Source of the DNA: Pecten maximus
Taxonomy: Eukaryota
NCBI RefSeq assembly: GCF_902652985.1
Contig: NC_047026.1
Coordinates: 30,690,001 to 30,754,000, forward strand
Length of the DNA stretch: 64,000 nucleotides
Direction of reading: 5' to 3'
The notes beneath the pieces were generated by a model that made no database searches, was not told the DNA's origin, and was given only the letters and a program-made list of their open reading frames with translations. The position numbers and the translations under genes were made by a program. The first letter of the stretch is position 1. Each line of letters opens with the position of its first letter. Below, in pieces: positions 14,215-26,600 of the stretch.

Positions 14215-16157
14215 ATGGCCACGTTTTTAGACTTGCCGGTAATCAACATTGGCGATACAGTGACTGTCATGGGTAAGAAGGGTGTCGTACGGGAAAAGTC
14301 GAATAATCTGGGGTTTGAATCCTTTGATATTCAATTTGATGACGGTAAAACATGTACGGAGGCAGATATCGGATTGATGTACCCAAATCTGACCCCCCTG
14401 TCCCTGGTACGTCCGCTGTCGCTCAACCAAAACAGAAAACAAATTTAGTCACAGAGTCTAAAGAGCTATCTAACGATAACGGTTTTGATATGGAACTGTA
14501 CAATTTGGATGTAGATAAATTTATCGAAGAAGAACAAAACAAAAACACTGCACGGAAAACGGAAAATGATATGAGAAATCTGTCGGATTTCCTGAAAACA
14601 CAACTGAAGGAATGTCGCCAAATTGAACATATTCCTCCAAATGATTTGTGCAAATTGCTGTGCATTTTCTTTGTTAATATGAAGAAAAAAGACGGCGATG
14701 ATTATGAACCGAGCACTGTTCGTGGCATCGCTGCCAGTATAGATAGATATCTTCGCCAAAAAAGTTATGGTTACAGTATCGTGAATGATAGCATTTTTTC
14801 TAAACTTCAAGAAGTTATCAAAACCAAACAGAAGAAATTGAAACGTTCTGGCAAAGGAAATTTAGAACACCGTGCAGATCCAATCACTGATGAAGAGATT
14901 GATCGCCGTTTTGAATTCGATCAACTTGGTAGTAAAACACCAGATGCCTTGTTGAGGACAGTCTGGTTTTTGAATACAATTCATTTCGGTATGCGCGGGG
15001 TAACTGAACATCACAACATGAAATGGGGCGACGTGAAGTTGTGTTTGGACACAGACAACCGAGAGTATCTGGAATACAATGAACGTCAGACGAAAACTCG
15101 TCCCGGTTCAAACACAAGGAATGTTCGGGCGATCCCCCCTTGGGCATGGGCGACACCCACAAACCCTGACAAATGTCCTGTAAAGTATTATAAAATGTAC
15201 AGTAACCATCGGCCGGCAGCCTGTAGTGGACCAGAAACGCCATTTTACATTGCGACAAACACAAACACCGAGAAATCGGAGAAATGGTTTAAAAACCAGC
15301 CTATGGGAGTGAACAAGTTGTCGAAATTCATGCCTTCGATGGCAGTGAAAGCAGGTATGATTACTTAAAAATAAATACGAGTTGTCTCCCTTCGTTCATA
15401 TCACGCGGTTTGTCGTATATTTATTTTTAAAATTGTCAATGTATTATTAAATATGCACAATGGTTACCCAGTTTATGCGCTTTTCTCATAGGCCTCAAAG
15501 TAAAAGGGGAAACTGGGAAAAGGTTGACCAACCATTCGGCCAGGAAGTACCTTGTCCAGAAGTTGAACGACAGTGGTATAGCGCCTACACAAATCATGCA
15601 GGTATTAAAAATGTAAAACACATGTAACAAACACCATCTTCTAAACCAGTCCACTTACCTTTATTATGAATTTATATCCCAAACACAAAATATACAATTC
15701 CATATTATTTTTTATCACTAGTTTTTTTGGAAGGCCTAAATTCAAAAAGAGATCTCGGATCAACTGACAAATTTCCTAATGCACGATTTTTTTCCCACTG
15801 TAGATCTCCGGACACAAAAATGTGCAAAGCATTAACGCATATTCGACGTTGAACTCTCAACAACAACGGACAATTTCGAATATGTTGTCCTCTGATTATG
15901 GCAGCAGTGCTAGCTGTCCTGTGATCCCATCAGCAATGAATACCGAAACTACACGTGTCACCAGCTCCACCATGACCAGTGCCATGACAGTAGGCCAGCA
16001 TTCCACCTCTATCTCCGGAAAGCCTGCAGATACGCGTCTTCCTTGTGGTGTACTGAATGGACAGATCTTCGGGGGGACTTTTAACATCACAGTTAACAAT
16101 AATTACATTGCTGCAAAGTCCAGGAAACGTCCCATTATCGAATCGGACAGTGATTAA
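14215..16157 (+). CDS. Crypton-type tyrosine recombinase (DUF3504, related to ZMYM/KCTD1/QRICH1 domain), 3 exons, 534 aa if one frameshift is corrected
   Basis: Exons 14215-15354, 15492-15601, 15804-16157 with GT-AG introns. Catalytic motifs HFGMRG (R), QTKT (K), TNHSAR (HxxR), SGHKNVQSINAY (H, Y). A 1-bp deletion at ~14364 relative to the left arm separates ORFs 14215 and 14352. Confidence 0.88.
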
Positions 16158-16465
16158 GCTTGTAGCTGGTAGCTTCGACCTGGAGCGCGGTGTCATCTTT
16201 GTAACGCGGAGTGATTTATAGCAAGTGCTGTATTAATGAAATTCATTTAAAATGTTTATTTTCTTGTATAATTTCATATTCCAATTTCCTTAACAGCAAC
16301 TAATATACCACAGTTATCACGAGCGTTATTCTAAACGACATATTAAGAGTTCTCTATTTAGGAACTATATTCTGTCAAGGAGTGATGCGGCTAACAGCGT
16401 ATCAATGGCTACGTTGGGAGAATTTGAACTCGGCACAGTTGAAGAATAAGAGTTATGGGATAAAC

Positions 16466-16633
16466 AAGTTCCCCAACACGTAAAGGTTGTTTATCATTTT
16501 TATCCAACTCTCGTTAGTTAATTTTCTAATTTTGAAAAGACACTCGCTAAAGCTCGTGTCTTTTCAAAATTAGAAAATTTACTAATTCGAGTTGGATAAA
16601 AATGATAAACAACCTCCACTCGTTGGGGAACCT
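16466..16633. repeat. Right terminal hairpin (~168 nt)
   Basis: Reverse complement of the left hairpin; apex gacac-tcgctaaagctc-gtgtc. Confidence 0.95.
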
Positions 16634-16634
16634 C

Positions 16635-18120
16635 TATATATCACACACAGTCAATTACTACATACCTATCTATATCACACACAGTCAGTTACTACATATA
16701 TATCTATATCACACACAGTCAATTACTACATATCTATCTATATCACACACAGTCAATTACTACATATCTATCTATATCACACACAGTCAATTACTACATA
16801 CCTATCTATATCACACACAGTCAATTACTACATATCTATCTATATCACACACAGTCAATTACTACATATCTATCTATATCACACACAGTCAATTACTACA
16901 TATCTATCTATATCACACACAGTCAATTACTACATATCTATCTATATCACACACAGTCAGTTCCTACATATCTATCTATATCACACACAGTCAATAACTA
17001 CATATCTATCTATATCACACACAGTCAATTACTACATATCTATCTATATCACACACAGTCAATTACTACATACCTATCTATATCACACACAGTCAATTAC
17101 TACATATCTATCTATATCACACACAGTCAATTACTACATATCTATCTATACTACACACAGTCAGTTACTACATATCTATCTATATCACACACAGTCAGTT
17201 ACTACATACATCTATCTATATAACACACAGTCAATTACTACATATCTATCTATATCACACACAGTCAGTTACTACATACATCTATCTATATCACACACAG
17301 TCAATTACTACATATCTATCTATATCACACACAGTCAGTTACTACATACATCTATCTATATCACACACAATCAATAACTACATATCTATCTATATCACAC
17401 ACAGTCAATAACTACATATCTATCTATATCACACACAGTCAATTACTACATATCTATCTATATCACACACAGTCAATTACTACATATATATCTATATCAC
17501 ACACAGTCAATTACTACATATCTATCTATATCACACACAGTCAATTACTACATATATATCTATATCACACACAATCAATTACTACATATCTATCTATATC
17601 ACACACAATCAATTACTACATATCTATCTATCTATCTATATCACACACAGCCAATTACTACATGTATCTATATCACACACAGTCAATTACTACATATCTA
17701 TCTATATGACACACAATCAATTACTACATATCTATCTATATCACACACAGTCAATTACTACATATCTATCTATCTACCTGGTATATCACACACAGTCAGT
17801 TACTTCATATAATTATCTATATCACACACAATCAATTACTACATATCTATCTATCTATATCACACACATTCAATTACTACACATATCTATCTCTATCACA
17901 CACAGTCAATTACTACATATCTATCTATCTATCTATATCACACACAGTCAGTTACTACATATCTATTTATATCAGACACAATCAATTACTACACATATCT
18001 ATCTATATCACACAGTCAATTACTACATATATATTGCATTTGTCTATATCATACACAGTCAATTATTACACATATATTGTTTCTATCTATATCATACACA
18101 GTCAGTAACTGTACATATTT
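16635..18120 (+). repeat. 34-bp satellite, right block
   Basis: Same unit and orientation as 7862-11706; degenerates after ~17700. Confidence 0.97.
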
Positions 18121-20051
18121 AGCAGATAACCTAACGACCAAACTTACTAAAAAAGAAAATAAGAAAAATATGTCAATTTTTTTTTTTTAAAGTGATGTTT
18201 CTTGAAATTAGAATTCAATTGTTTAAATATATGATTTCCAACGTTACTCTGTTAATTGTATTTATATTACCTTCAGTGTCATATGTTCATAATATTTACC
18301 CTCTGATGAAACCTTACCCAAAGGAATGTCGCTAAATATAGTGGAAAATATGACCCTCTGTCTCATTCGATAACTAACTGTATGTTATGTTCATAATTGC
18401 AAAGCATAAGATGACTGTATTTTAACTCTAACTAGACTGTAACTTAATGTAAATAGCTGCATTTAGGTGTTTCACATTTGTTTATTCTATATATACCATT
18501 TTATATTGCTATCTTCTTACTTTAACACCTTCGTTACATTGTCTACCCTAGCAAGTTTTAACATGATGTCAAAATGCGTTGACCCAACTCATCAAGAGCA
18601 AACACTAGGTCTATTTGGAAGTCTGATGTTTCTTATACCACACACGAGTGCATACGTCCGCACACTATATCTGATATCCTGTCACATCAATCTAAAACTA
18701 CTTTAGTGTCATTTCGTGAACGTGTCGTTTGTAGAATTCAACATGACTTTTATTTCGGATAGAGAAACATGGTTACATATGTTGTCGTTAGTTAACTGGA
18801 ACACTGATAGTACAATACAGCTTTATGCAATATCAGGCTGATTGATTCTATGGCTGATATACAGACATATGCCGAAAATTCTGCATATACATAAATATTC
18901 ATTAACTTAATATTTGGAGATGTTATTTGCTTGTATGTCTTAATGCTGGGAACATATTTAACTATATTCCCATCTGGTGTCATATTATATTAATGAAAAA
19001 AATCTTGTCGTCACTGAAACTTGTTATTTAGATTTATTAAGTGTAAATTCATATTCGTTAGTATAACCAAGCTCCCGTCTAGAATGATTTAGACTCTGTG
19101 ACACAGTATTACATAAGAGGAAGCACTATCTTGTGATAAAGTTTGCCTGGTTAAACTGATCGAGTATGTGTGCAGGGTTTTGAAATGAAAATGGTAACGC
19201 GTGCTAGATAACCACCTCAAACTGAGGACTGCCTCTGGAATTAAATATTATCTTGTTTGTATTAATGATCATCTGCATTCGATTACGGTTAAAATACTCT
19301 ATTGAAATAAAATAATATGAAACTTTATACAAGAAAACTTATCACTTGCACAATACAGTTTCTAGCTCTGACGTAAGTGGAAACTCCTATTAAAATTAAT
19401 AATAATAATAATAATAAAATCATTTGCTTACCGAAAGGCGAAACCTGAATAGCAAATCCCACCAAAATGACAATGATGAACAAACAAAAACAAAATAACT
19501 TGAAATTATATATATTTTTTTTTATTTGTATGTCATATTTCAATTCCATAGCAATAGAGATCAAGATGTCAATAAACTCATGTACAAATAAAACATGATA
19601 ACTGTAAGCATTCCGCTTACACATAACAATGAAATTTCCCAACTATATTGAGTCCTCATCAGATGTGATGTAAGCCGAATCCATTGAAACCAAGATAGTA
19701 CAATGTTTAACAATGTTTATGGATAATTTGAGGAGCTTACACATCTAAGTGCTCATCCAACACTTAGCACGGATTACCAACCGTAGCCGTTAGCTTGCTT
19801 CATTTCTTTGATACTGTCGGAAGATCTTATGTAGGTCTAAGGCACACAGTTTGAGCACACATTTTCAAACAATAGCTGATTATTTCAAATGATATCCTCT
19901 CTAACATATAGATCTATTGTTTATGGATGTCATTTCACTGATATTACACTATAAAAGTTCATAGCTTTTTTCAAGCTAGCGTACAAATATGATATAACCC
20001 TGCCCGATCACGTGGGTTTTCTCGCTTTCATCCGGACCAACAAGAGTGATT

Positions 20052-20212
20052 TTGGTTTGGTTTTGTTTAACGTCCTATTAACAGCCAGGTCATTTAAGGA
20101 GTACCCGGAGAAAAACCACCGGCCTACGGTCAGTACCTGGCAACTGCCACACGTAGGTTTCGAACTCGCAACCCAGTGGTGGAGGGCTAGTGATAAAGTG
20201 TCTGTACACCTT
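20052..20212 (-). mobile_element. tRNA-derived SINE, 5'-truncated with internal deletion
   Basis: Near-identical to 49228-49444; 16-bp target site duplication (TSD) ACCAACAAGAGTGATT at 20036-20051 and 20213-20228. Confidence 0.85.
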
Positions 20213-21100
20213 ACCAACAAGAGTGATTAATATAAGTTGATACAACTTGTTTAGCAATTGTTGTAAAGTTAATAGGGTTGACATTATTTATCTAGAAATG
20301 GCAAACTGGGAATGTCTCTTCTGCCTGTTTTAGAGCATCTTCCATATAATCAGCTTCGTTTAAAAACAAGTCAGCCAGTAAGGATACAGTCTACACACAT
20401 TGAGAAACAGTGACAAACTTGTTACTACTTTATAAAAGGGTATTCCTCAGAGGGGTCTGTTAAACAAACTGCCTTCAGGTTATATAATGTTTCTTTAACA
20501 GTTCCGTTTATCAATAAATCAGATTTATCAATAAACAAATATACACACTGATGTGCTGGAGACTATGTTAAAACAGTAATGAGTAACATATCCATGATGA
20601 CTATTTAAAATGAAATTAATTTCTTATGTTGACGCTTAAAACTACTTTAGTTCTTTTCGATAACTTAATTCAATTACACATTTCAAATAACGAGTAGCAC
20701 TGTATCTTGCGGAAACATATTTGTGGTTGCTATGGTTACGAGTTGAGACGAGAGTTGATTTTAAATCTGTCGGGAATTCTGTAATAATTTCAGATGGCAA
20801 TTTTATCATAATGGAAATGTTGATATTTGAAAGTAAATAGGGTACTTAATATTTCACTCGTGATTGCTAAAAACAGAGATATTTGAGGGTTGTTTTTTGT
20901 TTAACGTCATATAAACATATTCAGACAATATTATGACGGTTAAATTCGGAAAACAGTTATGACCGATATATGTTCTATTCTGTTTTTTCAGATAGTGACT
21001 GCGTAACCGAGGAAATATTCTTATCATGATGTTATAAAAGATTCTGGACGTGAAGAATGTCAATGTTGACGGAACAAAGATATCATCAGAATAATAGGCT

Positions 21101-23658
21101 TTACAGGATCGCTGACCCTCCTTGTTCGATATGAGTTGGCTCGTTGAATGGGTAGTTTAGACTTTTTCTTGCACTGAAATTAAAACAAAAGCAAAACTAT
21201 TTAAGACAAAGAAAAACGAAGAACTTCTCGTCAATCATAATCACTGGTTCGAACAAGGAAAAACAAGACATTTTAATTTAGGGCCTGGTGTAATTCTTCC
21301 CTGTTACGATTATGTAGGAATCCCTAGATCGTGTTCAACGTATATTATGCCTTTACTATTAAATGTATAAGACAGTTATCGTTGTTAAAATAAAACTGAA
21401 AAATTATCTGTACGTAATGTGGCCGCATATGCCTTCCTGTTTTGCTAAGACTATATTTGTAGACTGAATACACAATAGTTTTAGTGTAAAATAATTACCC
21501 TTGAAATCCATACGCTTTCTGGCTTTTGTTCAGTGCTGATATTTCCTCCATTTCTCTGGCAGTAAGTGAAAAGTCAAATATCTACAAAAAATATTGTACT
21601 TGGTGTACGTCTATAGGGTGGAGCAGACTCACATTTATTGTAGTGTAGTGCAGTGTAGAGTACTGCCATATCACTTCAACGGAAAGAATTACAGATAAAA
21701 TATAAATATAAAAACCTCATTTTTCAGCAAAACCTGTACCTACTACTTTGATATTTAAGAAGGTCTTGCTCACACGTGTCTTTAGGAAAAGGATCAACAT
21801 AAAAACAAAGCATATATGATAAAGGTACAATATTTAATATTGTTTTTTTTATATCAATATATTTCTTACGTGTAAATTGTCAGTTAATCTCTTCGGATTT
21901 GAACTTTTCGGTATGACTGAGTATCCTCTCTGTACTCCCCAGCGTAGCACAACCTATGTACACAAATATCTATTGTTATCTATTCATTTTGGAGATGAAA
22001 ATGGAAATGTAAACGATCCATCCAATTCGAAAGGGGAGTGGAAAAATCAATACGGTAACAACATCTGATGACATGAGAAGAGTCTGAAGTGTAAATTTTC
22101 TATTGGAAAAATGATATATGGCTTAGTACGTTTGGTGTCTTGTTAGTATGGAAGTTGCTGTAATCTGAATTTAGCTTTAAAATCTTAAAACAGTGAAAAT
22201 CTAGACAGGGTTTAATCTGCATTATAATATAATTATAATGATTGTATTTGCTTTTATTATATTGCCCAGGTCAACAGACCGTTTTCGATCTACCTATTTA
22301 AACATGTTTTACCTGACCCGGTGTTCGTTGATGTATTTTGCCAATCTTTTTAATAACATCTTCCTCGAGAAGCACAGGATCCTCTTTTTTCACCCTGAAA
22401 TGATGTCGATCTACATTAAAGCTCGATATCAAAATGACTGGTTATTTAAACACCGTATTTAAGCTATGATATCAATTTTCTCTGAATGTGTGATTTTAAG
22501 AGGGGTATATTTTATACATTGATGTTTGATGGGTTAATCTCCCGTGAAAATCCATTTTTTTAAGCGGGGTCTCCTTGTTATATTTTGTGACTACTTCACT
22601 GAACAACATACGGAAGGCCCTTTCCATGACATCTCCTGTAATTAGGGTAACGTGTTTAGCCCAAGGAAAGCATAGACCCGCAAGTTTCTCAGCTTCCCGA
22701 GAAAACATACCGACAAGAAGAAGTTTGAAGTTTTGTTACCTGGGTTGTTGGTGACAAATACGAAATTAGAAAATGTCATTTTTGGCAGGTTGCCACATTA
22801 TTAACAAACAGTACTTTTTAGAGAATTTGACGTGCACTTTTGTGAATGGAGATCCGAGCTATCCTAAGCATTGATTTGGGCGTTTAACAAATGAAGTTTA
22901 GAGTCCTTTTCCAGAACAACTAAATATCGACTAAACTAATGCAAAAATATACGTTCATTTCACCTAGGTATTGCGGCAGTGATAAAACCAGAAATACATG
23001 TTTTAGCTATATTATAACAATAATTCCCGTACCATGTGTGATCGTTTATATTGACTACAGTTAATTTAACGGAAAGAAATTTCATCTTAATCAATGCAAT
23101 AGTATTTATAGTATACATTTTTTTTTGTGTTTTTTTTTGGATATCAAGCAATATTCAAATAAAACTATTGACTATTGAAAAAAAAGAGAAGAAAAGAGAA
23201 AAGAAAGAAAAATCAACTATTAACAAGTTATAATTATATATATGGAACACTCAGAAAAAGGTAATTACTAGAGGTTAACAAAACAACAAAAAAACAAAAA
23301 TGTTAAACCCACGTGACTTACCAAAGTCTGGCCGGAGCACCGAGAGGCGCATACGCAACAACATGTGTGTCCCTTTTTTGACAGTACTGGATTAGATTCT
23401 CGTTGACATAGTAAGGTGAAATCTCTATCTAAATGTTACAAAAGAAATAACATACGAGTGTTTCGTTTGGGCGTGTTTCTTATACAGGCACATCTTTTTT
23501 TAACTATACTAACGAATTCACGAGATCCTGGGATAGGAGCTGTACATATTGAAACGTAAACGCTTCCTATATAGGTATTGTATTCAACATGACATTTTAC
23601 CAGGCTTATTTTAATTTCATACATGTCTGTGTTGCTTTGGATGTGGTTTGTGTGTCAC

Positions 23659-23696
<38 letters not shown>

Positions 23697-26600
23697 ACCA
23701 AGTTAAATCCTTCTTCAGACACAACTGACCTGATTACATACTGGCCTATACTTCAGACCCGGGGTATCCAATAGCCTCTGCATTTGTGCACAGTTGAAGT
23801 TTGACACACCTATATACCTGACGGAACCCTCATCCACCAGCGACTCTAACACCTAGGATGGAAATGTAATACAATATTTTTCTTAAATATTGTATTGTAA
23901 AAATGCTATCGAGTCTTTTATCTTTACCAGTTTCTCGAATTCAATACATCACGACATATAGATAAATTCAGAAGAAAAAAAACATATGGACGGATTCAAC
24001 AAATTGGTAGGTATGAATGATTTCATTTAAGTATACACATATAGCAAATTCAATAGATAAATATGAAGCTTGATATTTACCATCTTTTACTCATTTATTA
24101 CGTTTTACAAGCGAGGGAATATTTGCAAAGGAAATCAGACGAAGCAATTTATCCGAAAGAGACACGATGCTTTGAGGAAAACACTAGATCACTTCAAATA
24201 ATTTCAATTGTATCAAATCACGGTGATATATATTAAGTTGAGCAATAAAAAACATACCTTCCATGTGTTTGTATAATCCACATCCGATAGGCAAAAGGTT
24301 CCATCCTCCACTTTCGGAAAATTTTCGTCTCCTTCCTGAAATGAGGAGTTGATTCCAGCAATGATTTCATGTTCACACAATGGTACATCTCTCATGTCAA
24401 ATAAAAAGCTCTTGTCTTGACTCTTAAAGTCTACTAAGCACTCAAAATTACAATTATCAATTCAAACGATTTACTATTAAGATGAAACGAGTGAATGAAA
24501 ATAATCGAGATAGCATATTCCTCCTTAAAATGAACATGTGTACTGGTCCTACGAATCCGCTAGGTTGAGATTTAAGGATAGCAAGAACTTACCTTAAGTC
24601 CAAAGGGAACCTGAATAAGTAGCAGATCTAGGATTTGCAGTTCAAGGTCTGCTAGCGATTTTCTGAATGACTTCTCTGTTTTCTCTGGATTTAAGTTTGT
24701 TCCCCAAATCTATGAAATATAATTAAGTGATAGATGCTCTGCTTTTAGTATCCAAAGATATCCGAATGATTTGTTGAAATACAGATAAAAGTGCAGAGAC
24801 GTATTTGTCTAAATGATAAAAAGCTGCCCACTTAGAATGTGAAGACACAACAGATTTTTTATATTCAATTATATACTTTATCCATGCATTCATGAAATAA
24901 TTTCGTCCTGCTTGTAACAAGCATATTCATTGCCTAAGAAATATTCTGTCAGCACAAAAGTTTAAAATGATGTCGCCGTTAGTAACGTCGCTTTTAATTG
25001 GATGATACATCGGCGTAATAGTTTCAAAGAGAAATTATTTCGTCAATAGAAGTAGATTTTCACAATAGTTGTGAAAAGAAAATTGAATTATAATTATTAA
25101 CTTGAATATGTCTTAATATTATTGAGCTACTACAAAATGAGAAGTGTATTCATAAACCTCCTCGATGTAAAATTTCATAATAATATATCATAATAATACA
25201 ATATATATCAACATTCCCGGTGTGTGTTCATTATATAACCTTACTACCCATCGTTTACTTAAGCATTAATGTATTTTTTTTTTAGTTTTATTGGGGTATG
25301 AAAAAAAATTGTTTCCAAACTATATGAATTCACTTAGCGGATTCTTACAAAAGTTTGCAAACATTTTTTTTTTTTCGATTGATCTTATAAAGGATTCCTT
25401 TTCACAAATCGATACGCAATGGCAATGGCCGTATTATGACGTCACATATTTCGCGCCATTTTCGGATTTTTTTCATAGAGGTATGAAAAAAACCCAGAAA
25501 GCCGCATTCTGCGTACAAACAATGGATAATTAATTATAATCGTGTAAACATCAAATTAGTCTCGTAGGAATACATCATGCAAAGCCGGACTGGTGCACAT
25601 ATGCGCAATTAGTGTGAATGCGCAATGACTATTTTCGTTTCTGCTTTGAATTTATTTTTTTCCAATAAAATATTAATTGAATATGGTAGAACTAACTACA
25701 ATATAACAACGAAAAAATGAAATATTTGAAATATCTTACATGAATCGAATAAAAAATACGATGTTACTGTGGAACTATATGTTTATTCCTGTAGTTGACA
25801 TCCTTTCCCGCCAAATTGGAATCAGCTGTTAAGCGATTCCATTAATTACCGGCTGTTACATTTATTCGTACAATGCCGAAAAAAATGTCGATTAATTTTT
25901 TTTAATAACATTAAATAAAAACACAGGGTGTATAAACTGTATGTTTTTACAGATATTTCAACATGACCCACTAACTTGCGTCATTTAAAATATCTGTACA
26001 AAAATGCAGTTTACATACCAGTAAATGATAAAAAAAAACCCCAGTTATTCCTATGTTCAAATATATGCATACCTTTGATGTAATAAAGAAGTCATTCCGA
26101 TCAATTGTTCCGTCGCCAGCAGTTGTTTTTTCATGTAATACCTTCCCTATTTCTTCTTCGTTTTGATGAAGAGGTGCACAGTCAATGTGACGGTACCCAA
26201 TATCTATAGCATCTCTTAGTGCTGGCCCTACCTCTTTCGTGTCCTAGAAGATATATTGAGGAACATACAAAAGTTCAAAAATACTGCTAATCAAACCATA
26301 CATTATCATTGACAATTGTTCACGAATTTATGTAACGTTTTATAAATAAAACACAATAATATGTTTACTAGAATGGATATGAATAAGTAAGAAAATGTCA
26401 AGACTACGGCACACAAAAAAAGCTTCCTAGCTTATGGATCATGTGACTATGTTGCTGTAAATGAGTGATGTCGCAGTACTGGAACATATGATAGTAATAT
26501 TTCAATGGGAATAATACGGAAAAGTAAATGTCTTCAATAATAAATCAACCAAAACAAGAACAACAACAAAAGAAACAGTCTTTAGATATCAAAAGTGTGC

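Larger units (their letters stand above)
11707..16634. mobile_element. Palindromic Crypton-like (DUF3504 tyrosine recombinase) element: 2.29-kb inverted arms, 347-bp spacer, hairpin termini
   Basis: 11707-13997 is the reverse complement of 14345-16634 (about 22 substitutions and 3 single-base indels by eye). Termini GAGGTTCCCC...GGGGAACCTC; TATATA on both sides; the satellite resumes in the same orientation. Confidence 0.92.

Noticed and set aside
13076-16196. Antisense and alternate-frame ORFs over the recombinase, gag and pol genes
   Set aside because: Shadows of real coding sequence; duplicated only because the arms or LTRs are duplicated.
11707-16634. Palindrome as a fold-back sequencing artefact
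   Set aside because: Flanking satellite keeps its orientation, the spacer is unique, and the arms differ mostly by substitutions. Read-level confirmation is still needed.
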